Positions 13,481 through 25,117 of a stretch of DNA of 64,000 nucleotides are shown here, one piece after another; the first letter of the stretch is position 1, and the number at the start of each line of letters is the position of its first letter. The position numbers and the translations under genes were made by a program. The notes below the pieces were generated by a model. That model was given only the letters and a program-made list of their open reading frames with translations, did not search any database and was not told where the DNA came from. Source of the stretch: Octopus vulgaris (lineage: Eukaryota); NCBI GenBank assembly GCA_951406725.2, contig OX597814.1, positions 109,306,001-109,370,000 of the forward strand. The letters are read 5' to 3'.

Positions 13481-13986
13481 CAGTTCTATATTTAAGAGAC
13501 AAGGAATTATGTACATTATTTACATTTGACGGATATTTGTCTTCATCTTGTTTGTTGTTAACACAACGTTTCGGCTGATATACCCTCCAGCCTTCATCAG
13601 GTGTCTTGGGGAAATTTCGAACCAGGGTTCTCATTCCTAAGGTATTTTTTGATATTGTTATTATTATTATTCAGGTCACTGTATAGAACTCGGAATCTTG
13701 GGGTTAGTAGCCCATGCTCTTAACCTCTATGCTCACGGGCATATGACATAGTGGTTAAGAGTGTGGGCTACTAACCCCAAGATTCCGAGTTCGATTACAG
13801 GCAGTGATCTGAATAATAATAATCATAATAATAATAATAATAATATCATCGAAAAATACCTTAGGAATGAGAACCCAGGTTCGAAATTTTCCCAAAACAC
13901 CTGATGAAGACTGGAGGGTATATCAGCCAAAATGTTGTGTTAACAACAAACAAGATGAGGACAAATATCCATCAAATGTAAATAAT
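13481..13986 (-). mobile_element. Inverted-dimer tRNA-head/hammerhead retroelement, copy 1
   Basis: Two ~250 bp arms in inverted orientation about a centre near 13735; flanking duplication aatcagatg at 13470-13478 and 13984-13992. Confidence 0.85.
13560..13605 (-). ncRNA. Minimal type I hammerhead ribozyme motif (Penelope-like)
   Basis: Minus-strand RNA GACAC-CUGAUGA-A-GGCUG-GAGGGUAUAU-CAGCC-GAAA-CG-UU-GUGUU: intact core, helix I GACAC/GUGUU, helix II GGCUG/CAGCC, palindromic AACGUU helix III. Confidence 0.75.
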
Positions 13987-14678
13987 CAGATGTCCTTCCT
14001 ATTGCCAACCCTCATCTGTTTGCAAGCAAAGTGATAATTTCACAGCTATCGATGGATGTCTTTCAGTTTCCACCTACGAAACCCACTCAGGGATGTAGTG
14101 GAAAACACCCAAATTGCCATGCAGTGGGACTGAACTCAAAGCCATATGGTTAGAAGGCAAACTTCTTAACCACACTGCCACATATGTATGCTGGCACCCA
14201 TGCTGATGGTACATAAAAAGCACCATTTGAGTGTGGCCAATGCCAGTGCCACCTGACTGGCATCTATGCTGGTGGCATGTAAAAGGCACTCACCACACTC
14301 TCAGACTAGTGGGCATTAGGAAGGGCATCCAGCTGTAGAAACCTTGCCAAATCCGATTGGGGCCTGGTGCAGCCTCCCAGTTTGCCAGTTCTCATTCAAA
14401 CCGTCCAACCCATGCCAGCATGGAAAGTGGACGTTAAACGATGAAACACACACACACACAGAGACAAGGCGTATCAGATTTTTTGAGGTCATTTGTATGA
14501 ATCTAGAAAAAGATCTCATTAAAGTAAAGCAGCATTTGAAAACGAATGGTTACAAAAAATCTGAGAATGCTTTTATCACACCTATTCAAGGACTCCATCA
14601 ATGGCTGCTTCAGTATGAGGTCGAAAGCATTGACACACCTGATTCAAATGATCTTTATCCATTTTGGACATAATGCTG

Positions 14679-14750
14679 GTTATGGCAGACTTGTGCTGAT
14701 TATGGCAGACTTGTGCTGATTATGGCAGACTTGTGCTGGTTATGGCAGAT
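14679..14750. repeat. 20 bp tandem repeat, ~3.5 copies
   Basis: ttatggcagacttgtgctga repeated. Confidence 0.9.
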
Positions 14751-15640
14751 TGTATGGTGTTATGGAGCAGGAGTTAACTGACCTCTCTCTCTCTCTCTCA
14801 ACTATGCCCCATACATAATAGTCCAGTGGATTGAGGTCTGGTGAGCTAGGAGGCCCTGTGTCTGGAAGAACATAATTATGGAGATTGGCTTGCCAGCACA
14901 CTTGGGTTGTCCTAGCCTTATCAGACAGTGAAGAATCCTGCTGGGAGACGTAGGGTCTTCGATTGTGAACCCTGTCTATCCAGGGTCTCACAACTTTCTC
15001 CAACACCTCTGTAGACAGCAGCATTGACTCTTAAGCCCAGTAAAAAAAAAAAGTGAAAAGGCACAACATCTCCTGCATTGTTGACAACTCCCAGAACCAT
15101 AGCACCTTCACAGTTGCTAGGGGTTTAGTATGCATGACCTTTGAAACCTTATCTTGGTCTTTGCATGACCATCTCTTGTTCTTTCTGTTTGCTTTTTAAT
15201 CCTGATTGAAATTTCTCTCATTGGAGAAAAACTAAAGCATTCCAACCTGTTGGTGTTTTGACTTTAACCTGCACTTTGCACAGATTTGATGATTCTCTCT
15301 TACCTCATCTGACTTGAACTGACCCCTCCACATCACATGCAACTGTACCGGATGTCTTCATACACAACTCTTCTGAGGGTCCATTCTGAAAACTTGAGGT
15401 CTTTTGCAATAGTTGTGATTGACTTTCTGGAGTTTTATCAATTATTTCTTGGACATTTTGTACAAAGTCAAGTGTTCTAATGTTATTAGGACCCTATGCT
15501 TGCATTTTGCATTTAGCTGCTCATTTTAGATCCCTGTTGGCAGCTTCCAACTCCTTTTGAACTTTGCCAATGAAAGATCAGACAACTTTCAGTAAGTGAC
15601 CAATCTCTGTATTATCATGCTGTGCTCTCAAGGCAGCAAT
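14750..15640 (-). mobile_element. Tc1/mariner superfamily (maT/DD37D-like) transposase relic
   Basis: LEKVVRPWI...QQDS...PPSSPDLNPLDYYVWG motif; many stops upstream. Confidence 0.8.
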
Positions 15641-15683
15641 TACAGCCCTTTCAATGGCTGAGTCATCCTGATATCTGATATTA

Positions 15684-16078
15684 TCTCTCTATATATAAAG
15701 CTGAAGTTGTCTGTGTATGGCAGGTTTGGTAGCCTCCAACTAACACTATCTCCTCCGAGACCCTGTGGCGGAAGTTGACCAAAATTGAGAGTATGATAGA
15801 AGAAGGCTTGCTCTTCCTCCCATAGAAGAAAAAAATTCAAATCAGACCATGTTAACACCAAAAATTATTTACATCAAAAAGGTGCTTTTTTTTCTATGAA
15901 AATACCTATTTTTTACGATTTTTTGACTGCTGTGTCGCCATTTTTCAGTGTATTTCAACCAGAAAAAATGTTCACTTAAAGAGAATAACAAGCTACATAA
16001 TGCAAAATATTTACTTTTCAAAAATTTCAATTCTAAAGGGTCAAAACAAACCTGAGCAGTGCCGGGCGATACTGCTAG
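15684..16078 (+). mobile_element. Non-autonomous Helitron
   Basis: A|TC start, subterminal GC hairpin cctgagcagtgccggg, CTAG|T end; no TSD. Confidence 0.75.
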
Positions 16079-16169
16079 TTTATCTGAAAAGTAAGGTGAA
16101 AAAAAAAGTAAACCAGAAGAATGTTAGAGCTCTTGAAAGAGATGTCCTCAAAAGACTGATGCACCCTGT

Positions 16170-16274
16170 GTATAGAATGCACCAGTTCTCATCCGATCAC
16201 TAAAGTTAAACAACGTCAAGCTGAGATAAGTACTTAGATGGGTGACTGCTTGGGAAACCTAGGTGCTGTAAGCA
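16170..16274 (+). pseudogene. 5'-truncated 5S rRNA relic
   Basis: gaatgcaccagttctcatccgatcactaaagttaaacaacgtc...agtacttagatgggtgactgcttgggaa...gtgctgtaagc aligns with metazoan 5S from about nt 20 to the end, with CpG-type decay. Confidence 0.85.
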
Positions 16275-16858
16275 TCTCACTTATCCTAAGCGGTGCCCCA
16301 GCATGGCCTGTCTAATGACTGAAACAAGAACACACACACACACACACACACATTTATTTATTTATGTATGTCGCCTTACTGGCACCTGTGCCGGTGGCAT
16401 GTGTAAAAGATTCGAGCGAGGTCGTTGCCAGTACCTCCTGACTGGCCCCAGTGCTGTGGCATGTAGAAGGGCACCATTCGAGCGTGATCATTACCAGCGT
16501 TGCCTTACTGGCACCTGTGCCGGTGGCATGTGTAAAAAGATTTGAGCAAGGTCATTGCCAGTACTGCCTGACTGGCCCCCGTGCCGGTGGCACGTAAAAG
16601 CACCCACTACACTCTTGGAGTGGTTGGCGTTAGGAAGGGCATCCAGCTGTAGAAACTCTGCCAGATCAAGATTGAAGCCTGGTGCAGCCATCTAGTTTGC
16701 CAGTCCTAAGTCAAACCGTCCAACCCATGCTAGCATGGAAAGCAGACGTTAAACGATGAACGAATGTTTATATATTTATTTGTGTGTTAATGTGTTTCTG
16801 TTTACTTTTTTCAATATACAACCTGTTAATGGGCAGAATATTTCAATCCATCTTTCAG

Positions 16859-17002
16859 AAGAAGAGCAGAATGTGATGCTGTCACTGATAGAAAGAATGA
16901 AGGCCTTCTTCCAGTCCTTGTCACCATACTTCCGACATGGTACAGGAAAGGTCCTATTTCTTGGCCTCTCGTTGTATTTGGTCTTCCTCCATCTCAGGGT
17001 CG
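16859..17002 (+). CDS. PEX26: PEX26 coding exon 4 (transmembrane anchor)
   Basis: ctttcag acceptor and GTAAGT donor, phase 1/1; encodes KVLFLGLSLYLVFLHLRV, the hydrophobic tail-anchor segment. Confidence 0.85.
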
Positions 17003-17184
17003 GTAAGTTCTTACGTAATTCAAACTCTTCCACTCTTGAAATCTCACTTTCCTATTTAATGATGGCTTTGGATTTACCTGAGAAGCTTGCTTGAACATGT
17101 CACGTATTTGCATGCCGGAGCCAAACATTAGCACTTCTTGCTAGACGCCATCCTAAACATCTTCCAGACAGTAATCCAAATGCC

Positions 17185-17402
17185 TCTCACCCAACACCAG
17201 TTTAGACATCTTTTATCAGACACCAGTCTAAACACCTCCTGCCAAACATCAAGCTAAAAACCTTCACCAGATGCCGCTCTAAACACTTCTCACCTACCTA
17301 AACACTTCAGACACTAGTTTAAACACCTGCCAAACATCAAGCTAAACACCTTCACCAGATGCCGCTCTAAACACTTCCCACCAATCACCAACCTAAACAC
17401 CT
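17185..17402. repeat. Degenerate minisatellite (ctaaacac-containing units, higher-order duplication)
   Basis: gccaaacatcaagctaaa.accttcaccagatgccgctctaaacactt occurs twice (about 17241 and 17328). Confidence 0.75.
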
Positions 17403-17532
17403 GCTAGTTCTGCCCTGCCTCCATAAACAATGACCATTGAAGACTGGTAACCTCGTCTCTTTCAACAGCACAAACTCTCAGTGACTACATAATCCACATT
17501 TCTCACATTTCCTCATTTTTAACACTTGGTCG

Positions 17533-17771
17533 TTTATTTGTTTCAGTCATTTGACTGCGGTCATGCTGGAGCACCGCCTTTAGTCGAACAAATCGGCCCC
17601 CAGGACTTATTCTTTGTAAGCCCAGTACTTATTCTATTGGGTGTTTTTTGCTGAACTGCTAAGTTATGAGGGACGTAAACATGCCAACATCAGTTGTCAA
17701 GCGATGGCAGGAGGACAAGCACACACACACACGCATGTATGTGTATATATATATATATAAATCTCTGTATA

Positions 17772-17849
<78 letters not shown>

Positions 17850-18008
17850 TAGATACGACGGGCTTCTTCCAGTTTCTGTCTACTAAATCCACTCATAGTG
17901 CTTTGGTTGGCCCAAGGCTATAGTAGAAGACACTTGCCCTTGGTGCCACATAGTGGGACTGAACCTGGAACCATCTGGTTGGAAAGCAAGTTTCTTACCA
18001 CACAGCCA
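17533..18008 (-). mobile_element. SINE family A with long (TA)n
   Basis: Reverse complement of the family A consensus. Confidence 0.85.
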
Positions 18009-18942
18009 CTTTCCTCATTGGACATTTGTTTTTCTTTTCCTCTGCTTAAATCTACTTCATATTTAGCTTCCCATCTTGCTCTTAAACCTCTCTCTTAATT
18101 AATTATTATCATTTCAAATTATGGTGCAAAAAATGTTGGCTGCTATTCTCTTGCTTTTTACTCTGTTGTGATGTACTCTGTTGTGTTGTACTCTGTTGCT
18201 TTGTACTCTAGATGAAGCAGACCACAGACTGATATACAGTTTCATTAGAACGCAATACCATATTTGATGGCATAAAAAGGGTGCACTGGCTTATCAGGTG
18301 CTCCCTAATTTCAGAGGCATATATTCAGGGTGAAACGTTTTTGATGCATTGAAGTAGTGCTGCAGCTCTGCACCTGAAACCATTGAAAGAAGAAAAGAAT
18401 TCAAGTTTTCATTGTGGAGGTGCATGGCTTTTTGGTTAAGGTGTTGCACTTATGGTCATCGGATTGTGGTTTCGATTCCTGGCCTGGGCAGTGTGTTGTG
18501 TTCTTGAGCAAAACACTTCCTTTTACATTGCTTCAGCCCACTCAGCTGGCAAAAGTGAGTAATCTTGTGACAGACCATGCCCCAGGGAGGGAATATATAC
18601 ACTACAGAATCCAAGAAACCAACCTTATGAATCTACGGCTTGGGAAGGAGCCTTTTTCTTTCCCTTTCGAAAGCATGCAATATAGACCTAATTCCACATA
18701 TAGAATCCAGGGTGATGTTCTTTTGAGGGAGGGAAACTATATCTTATATGCCACCAAATATGGTAATTATAGCTTTTCTTTTTGCGGTGCATTTAACTAA
18801 AAATCTTACACTTCTTTATAAATTGACTAATTTTTATTAAAAAATGTTTTGATATTGATTGTGTTGGTTTATTTTTGCTGAAAATAATATTTGTGAAAAT
18901 AACATTTTATACTTAAGAACACTGTATCTATTTTTATTTATA

Positions 18943-19042
18943 ATGCCCACAGGCATATGGCGTAGTGGTTAAGAGTGCGGGCTACTAACCCCAAGATTCC
19001 GATTTCGATTCCAGGCAGTGACCTGAATAATAATAATAATAA
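18943..19042 (+). mobile_element. Solo tRNA-like head of the same element
   Basis: A-box TGGCGTAGTGG and B-box-like TTCGATTCC followed by (AAT)n; closely matches the central head of the dimer family. Confidence 0.75.
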
Positions 19043-20022
19043 TTTTCAATTTTTGTTATTTTGACAAATATGAAATACTGACCAAATAAGTTTTAAACTT
19101 GAGCTGGTCAGCTGGACTTTAAGGTTCCATAAGGTCCCATGATGTTCTCATTTTTAGTAAATTCTATAAAAATTATTAGTAATGGTAGCAGAAAACTTTT
19201 GATTATTTATATAATGTAATATGAACTGACTTACCGACCTGTACCACTTCTCTTATATTCACCTCCCTGTAACAAGAGGGGACACCCTGATGCCTCTTTC
19301 CTTGGCAACTGGGGTAACCACGGATCTCTGCTACTCAAGACACCTGTTCTTGTCTCTCTTTCTTACATCATTCTTTTTAAACCTGACATGGTGCCACCTC
19401 CCTCAATACTGCATCCAACTGTCAAGGGGCCTTGTCTTGTAAGTTACTTGGTGATCCCACTGTTGGTGCCACACCCAGTCCACTCTGTAAAATTGTTGGT
19501 GTTAGGAAGGGCCTCCAGTCATAGAAACCATGCAAAGGCAGGCATTGGCACTTGGTGTAGTCGTCTGGCTTGCCAGCTCCTGTTTAACCTTCCAATCCTT
19601 ACCAGCATGGAAAATGGATATTGAATGATGATGATGATGATGATGTTTTATAAGTTGGTTAAGGAGGGTGCATGGGGTGACCCCATGACCATTGTAGGTT
19701 ATCTCTGTGGCATCTCACAGCATCTGCTTATTCTGATTCCCTACAGTCTTTGTTCAAATTGCAGTGAAGTCAACTTTACCTGTCTTCCTTTCTGGGGTTG
19801 GTTAATAAAATTACTGATGCAGGGCAGAGGAATAAGAGAGCTGTTAGAGGGAGCAGCGGCTAGATGCCTTGTTGTATCTGATAGCTGACAGATTTCTCAA
19901 GACATACAGCACAGTTTAGCTGACTTTCAATGATGTCTGTTTTAAGTATGATACGCAGATTGCTAGTTTGAACTAATACTGCTTTTGTCACAAATAACAA
20001 AAATTTTCTCATTATCTTTCAG

Positions 20023-20111
20023 AATATTCGGTTTTTGGTATAAGGGATATTACACACAAGTTATTTCAAATATATCGGCACCAATTCAAAAGCAATGACT
20101 CAAAGACATGA
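20023..20111 (+). CDS. PEX26: PEX26 last coding exon
   Basis: ctttcag acceptor, phase 1; EYSVFGIRDITHKLFQIYRHQFKSNDSKT then TGA. Spliced CDS is 870 nt (289 aa). AT-rich 3' UTR with AATAAA motifs follows (about 20608 and 20778). Confidence 0.8.
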
Positions 20112-21479
20112 GATGTCAACTCGAGAAATCTCTCTTTCTCTTAATTATCTTCCATAACTTAGCTGCTGTGATCATGATTCATAATTAACAAAGTTGGTAT
20201 CAGTGAGATATAATTCTTTCTCTTACCTATTTTGTAATAATCTCTACACTTGTATATTGTAAACAATAATGTCGGAACTGTATTTTAAAAAAAATATGGT
20301 AAAAATCTTCAATGCTAAAATACTAATGTGAAATTTAAATGCCAGAAGCTTTTCTTTAAGCCTTTAATAAGAACATCTTGCATTTCTTTTTCTGGGATGT
20401 TTTGTCTGCAAAATAATTTTATTGTCTTATTTTCAAAGCATTTAAGAAAAAAATTTTTTACAAGAATAATTAGCATATTTTGTTTTCATTACAAAACAAA
20501 ATATTTTGTTTTGTAAATAATTCACCAAATTGGTACCGGGTTTTTGTTTGTTGGTTTTTGTGTGTGTGGGTGTATAAAAGTTTACTGAAGAATGTAGAAC
20601 TGGTAGAATAAAGAGTACATTCCAAATTGTATGTGTGCTGGGATGTGTGTGTGTGTGTGTGTGTTAGTGAATGGGTGTAACAGAAATTTTGCTGGAAGAC
20701 ATTTGTAAAAGAAAGAAATTATTTCAATTTTATTGACCTTTGTGTCTGATCAATTCTTTTTAAAAGATTTTATTACCCAATAAAATATGTTTAAGATTTT
20801 TGATAAGCCAGAAAATAGAAATATTTCGTAGAAATAGTTGTGAATTTCGCACTAAATTTCATTCATTGACAAATTACTTTCTTTATACCTGACACCATGT
20901 TAAACAGACTGTTTAACATATGTTAAGTAAATGTTAAACAGATATTAAAAAGAAATATTTAGGAATTTATAATTTTTTTTCTCCTAATATTTCATTAAAT
21001 TTAGTTCAGCTCTTTGTCTAGAAAATATAAAGTTTGTTATATTAAAAAATTCTATGGATATTTTAGAACAAGAAATAGTTTTTAAGTAAGCTTTACTTAC
21101 GAATATTTAACTAATAAAATATGGAAAAATAAAATGCATACAAAGGCAAATTTTCAAAGCTGTTCTTATTTTTATTTTTAAATATATTTAAAGATAAAAC
21201 TCTGATTTTTATTGGAGAAGAATGAGTTGCAATTTACGTATGAAAATGTCTATAAAAGGAGTTCCATAAATCAGGAGTTTATTTGCCCAGAATGAAGAAA
21301 TTTTATGAAATTCAAAACCAAGATCTAATTAAGACAGTTCTGAAGCTTTGGTTTTCTTTTTCTTCTTCATAGTTTTGACATTTCCTCAGATATTTCTTAT
21401 AGAGTCCAGATTATATTAAATTGATAATGTTTTAAATTTTCTTTCAATGTTAAAAATGAAAATTGATATGATTAACTTC

Positions 21480-21987
21480 TGTACATTATTTATATTTGAT
21501 GGATATTTGTCCTCATCTTGTTTGTTTTTAACACAACATTTTGGCTGATATACCCTCCAGCCTTCATCAGGTGTCTTGGAGAAATTTCAAACCTGGGTTC
21601 TAATTCCTAAGGTATTTTTCAATGTTATTATTATTATTATTTAGGTCGCTGCTTGGAATCAAACTCGGAATCTTGGGGTTAGTAGCCCACGCTCTTAACC
21701 ACTATGCCATATGCCTTTGGGCTCACAGGCATATGGTATAGAGGTTAAGAGCATGGGCTACTCACCCCAAGATTCTGAGTTCGATTCTAGGCAGTGATCT
21801 TAATAATAATAACATTGAAAAATACCTTAGGAATGAGAACCCAGGTTTGAAATTTCCCCAAGACACCAGATGAAGGCTTGAGGGTATATCAGCTGAAACT
21901 TTGTGTTAACAACAAACAAGATGAGGACAAAATATCTGTCAAATGTAAATAATGTAAATAATTCCTCATCTCTTAAATATAGAACTG
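21480..21987 (+). mobile_element. Inverted-dimer tRNA-head/hammerhead retroelement, copy 2
   Basis: Both heads retained; duplication gattaact(t/c)ctg at 21470-21481 and 21988-21999. Confidence 0.85.
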
Positions 21988-23081
21988 GATTAACTCCTGG
22001 TTGAATTATAAATAAATTTTAAAATTTATAAATAATTGCAAAGATTTTTAACATAAAATATTATAAATATATTTATAATATAATATTTTATAATATAAAT
22101 GAAATATATTTATATTATTATATATTATGTAAAATATTAAAAGCAATAATTTGAGATAGTAAAAGAGCAACAGATGGCTTTTTGATCTTGGTTCTGCTAC
22201 CAATAGATACTGCTTTAATCCTTTTGTTACCATATTTCCATTAAAATTTCATGTAAATTTTAATGAAGCATAAATTATGAAAATTTGATGGAAGATTTTA
22301 ATTTAGAATGGTACAACCCTTTGTTACTGTAATTTCTGTTAAGATTTACTACCTTTGTGTCAATTAATTTTCAAAACAACAAAAAATTCATCAAAATAAC
22401 TTTTTCATTATTAAGCTGGGACATAAATTAAGAAAGAAATTTTGATGGACGATTTCAATGTAGATCACTTTAACCTGTTAGTTACCATATTTTTATTGAA
22501 ATACACAGCCTTTATTTCAATCAATTTTAAAATAATGAAGAATTTATTATGAAAAAAAAAAAAAAAACTTTATTATTGAGCTGGTATTTGGACCATGTAT
22601 TAACAAGGAATTTAAAATTTTGATGGAAGGTTTTCAATCAGATCACTTTACAGTAGGAAGTTTCTATCACAAAACCAACGAACAGCCTGAGGTGGGTTTC
22701 TATCAAAAGGTTTAAGTCTCTTCAGTGGATCTGCTGCTGTTTTCTGTTTCAAATTGGTGTTTATTAATGCCTAGCATCTTTTATCTAAGGAATAATGATG
22801 GTGATGCGAGACATTTATGGGAGAAGTCCATAGTCTCTTGATACCTGCCACACAAACACACTTTTGTCAATGAAAGCAACAAGCTGTGCTGATACATATT
22901 TTTATCATTGAAGCTGAAGTAGATTGGAAGGGATGAGGCTAGGCATCCAGAGAGGGAGAACTGGATCGTTCGATCACTCTTTTTTACAGTAATTCACAGC
23001 TGGAGGTCACGATATAAGATTTTGTTGCCAAAGTTTATATGCAATAAATTTGCTATATTCCTACTAAAGAAAATATTTTAG

Positions 23082-23153
23082 CAATTTTTGGTGTAATGTT
23101 TAGCACTCTGGACTTTGAATCCAGTGATCCAAGTTCAAGTCTCGGTAGAACCT
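23082..23153 (+). pseudogene. tRNA-Gln(TTG) pseudogene
   Basis: tggtgtaatgtttagcactctggactTTGaatccagtgatccaagttcaagtctcggtagaacct is near the canonical tRNA-Gln sequence, but the 5' acceptor strand (caatttt) no longer pairs properly. Confidence 0.85.
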
Positions 23154-25117
23154 GAACTCCTTCAATGCGGTGCCCCACCATGGTTGCAGTCAAATGACTG
23201 AAACAAGTAAAAGGGTAAAAGAATAATTCCTAATGATATCTTATATAAGGTGATTTTATTTAAGCATTAAATGGCTATGAGGGTCCAGTAGAACAAAATA
23301 GGAATCAGAGGGGGGGGGGGGAGTTCCATGTGTGAAAAAGTGGTTGTGAAACACTGCTTTAGCACAAGTTTTGTACAATTCTAAAAAAAACACCACAAAA
23401 AAACCCAACAAAAGCATGTCAGCTCTCTTGCCCATACCACACTCCACCACCACTAATCTCTACTTCCTCATGGACCCTATTAAATCATTGAGATGTTGGT
23501 GTTTTTTCCTCTTCACACTGACAGACTTCAAACTGTTCCTCTGTGATTCATAGACTGCTGCCTCCCCAAAACATTGGAATTTCTCTCTCTTCCTACACCA
23601 ATTACCATTATTTATCTTTTCTTTGATTCTTGTTTCAGATTTAACTTCCATTTTCTGAAAACTGTTGGTTCATTTTTTTTTAATCTCTATATAAAGATTT
23701 CAAACTTTGGCACAAGGCCAGCAATTTAGAGGAGTGTTGGGGGGGGGGGGTCAATTGTATTGACCCTGTGCTCAACTGCTACTTATTTTATTGACCCTGG
23801 AAGGATGAAAGGTGGCTTTAACCTCAGTGGAATTTGAACTCAGAATGTAAAGATGGACAAAATAGCCTTCTTAACCCCAATCACTTAAGAGTACACTGGG
23901 TACTTTTTTCACGGCACCTGTATTGGTGGGGTTGCCTTAAAACTTGCAAAACTATGATCTCCTTTGACTTAGTGGAGCTTCAGTAGAAAGGGGGTGCGGT
24001 TTTATGCTGATGTGAGAAAAGGGGATAGAAGATGGCATTTTACTGTGGAGAAGCTACATGGCTAGCCACATTATAGAAGAAAGAGATGGAAGTGACTGGG
24101 ATGGAGTAGAAAAGAGAGATGAAAATAGTGGTGACAAGGTGTCAGGATGGGCCCTGAAGGTACAAAGGGAGTAGAAATGAGTAGGGGTGTGAGGAAAGGG
24201 AGTGTGGTTGGGTATCGGCCACAGGAGTGTATGGGGAGAGTGAGAGACAGATGAGGAATGGGTTTAGGAGTGGAATATAATGAAGACTAGGTTGAGGAAG
24301 GAGAAGTAGGGAAGAGTAGGTGACAACTGTAGAAATTGAGTAGAGTTGAGGGGTGGATGTAGTGAATAGGAGATAAGGGATGGGGTCCGAAATATCTATT
24401 TTGGCACAAGGGCAGCAATTTCAGAAGAGGGGGAAGATTGATTACATCAACCCCAGCACATAACTGGTACTTATTTTATAGACCCCAAAAGGCAAGTCAA
24501 GCTTTGTGGGGATTTGAACTCAAAATATAGGAATGCACAAAATGCTGGTAAGCATTTTGCCCAGCCTGCTAACAGTTCTGCCGACTCACCGCCTTGGACG
24601 GCACCATATATATTGACTAGAGCATTATAGCATTTTGATTTATGTCTGTTTTCCCATGCTAGCATGTGTTAGAGGAATATATATATATTTGGGGCATCAT
24701 TTTTACAGCCAGATGCCACTCCTGCTGCTAACCCTTGTCTTTCAAGTTAGGGATCTCCTCATCCACATATCTTTAAAGATGAAAAGCCAGCAGACAATCT
24801 GCTACCAGGGGAAATGTCAACAAAGTTATCACTTTTTTTTGGAAAAACACAAATGTAAACGCACACACGTCCACATTGCTATGCTTGTATGGGTCAGTCA
24901 GATTTTGTTGCTACATATTTTATATAGCCAGATGCTTTTCGTGTCACCAACCTTCACTTGTTTCGAAGCAAGGTAATATTTCTCCATGGCCAGGCATGTT
25001 TTCCACAAAATACCAGAAAGGAAAAACATTGCTTTTATAATGGAGCAGCTTATTTACAACACTCACATGCTGACAAGACAAGAGGACATACACACACACA
25101 CACACACATATATAATT

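Noticed and set aside
14460-14673. Open frame ending PDSNDLYPFWT
   Set aside because: Lies between repeats in a PEX26 intron, has no suitable splice sites, and shows only vague transposase resemblance.
16370-16600. Repeat units with variable spacers resembling a CRISPR array
   Set aside because: They are modules of the RTE 3' UTR; eukaryotic context and no cas genes.
22790-22986. Possible small RNA (TGATG start, gatcgttcgatc hairpin, T-run)
   Set aside because: Does not match any snRNA or snoRNA I can recognise; box motifs are incomplete.
23082-23153. Functional tRNA-Gln gene
   Set aside because: Acceptor stem is broken, D loop altered, and it is fused to a retroposon tail; called a pseudogene.
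24060-24390. Purine-rich G-run tract (also 41440-41780) as a regulatory G-quadruplex
   Set aside because: Recurs as part of a dispersed repeat attached to RTE-tail sequence; nothing locus-specific.
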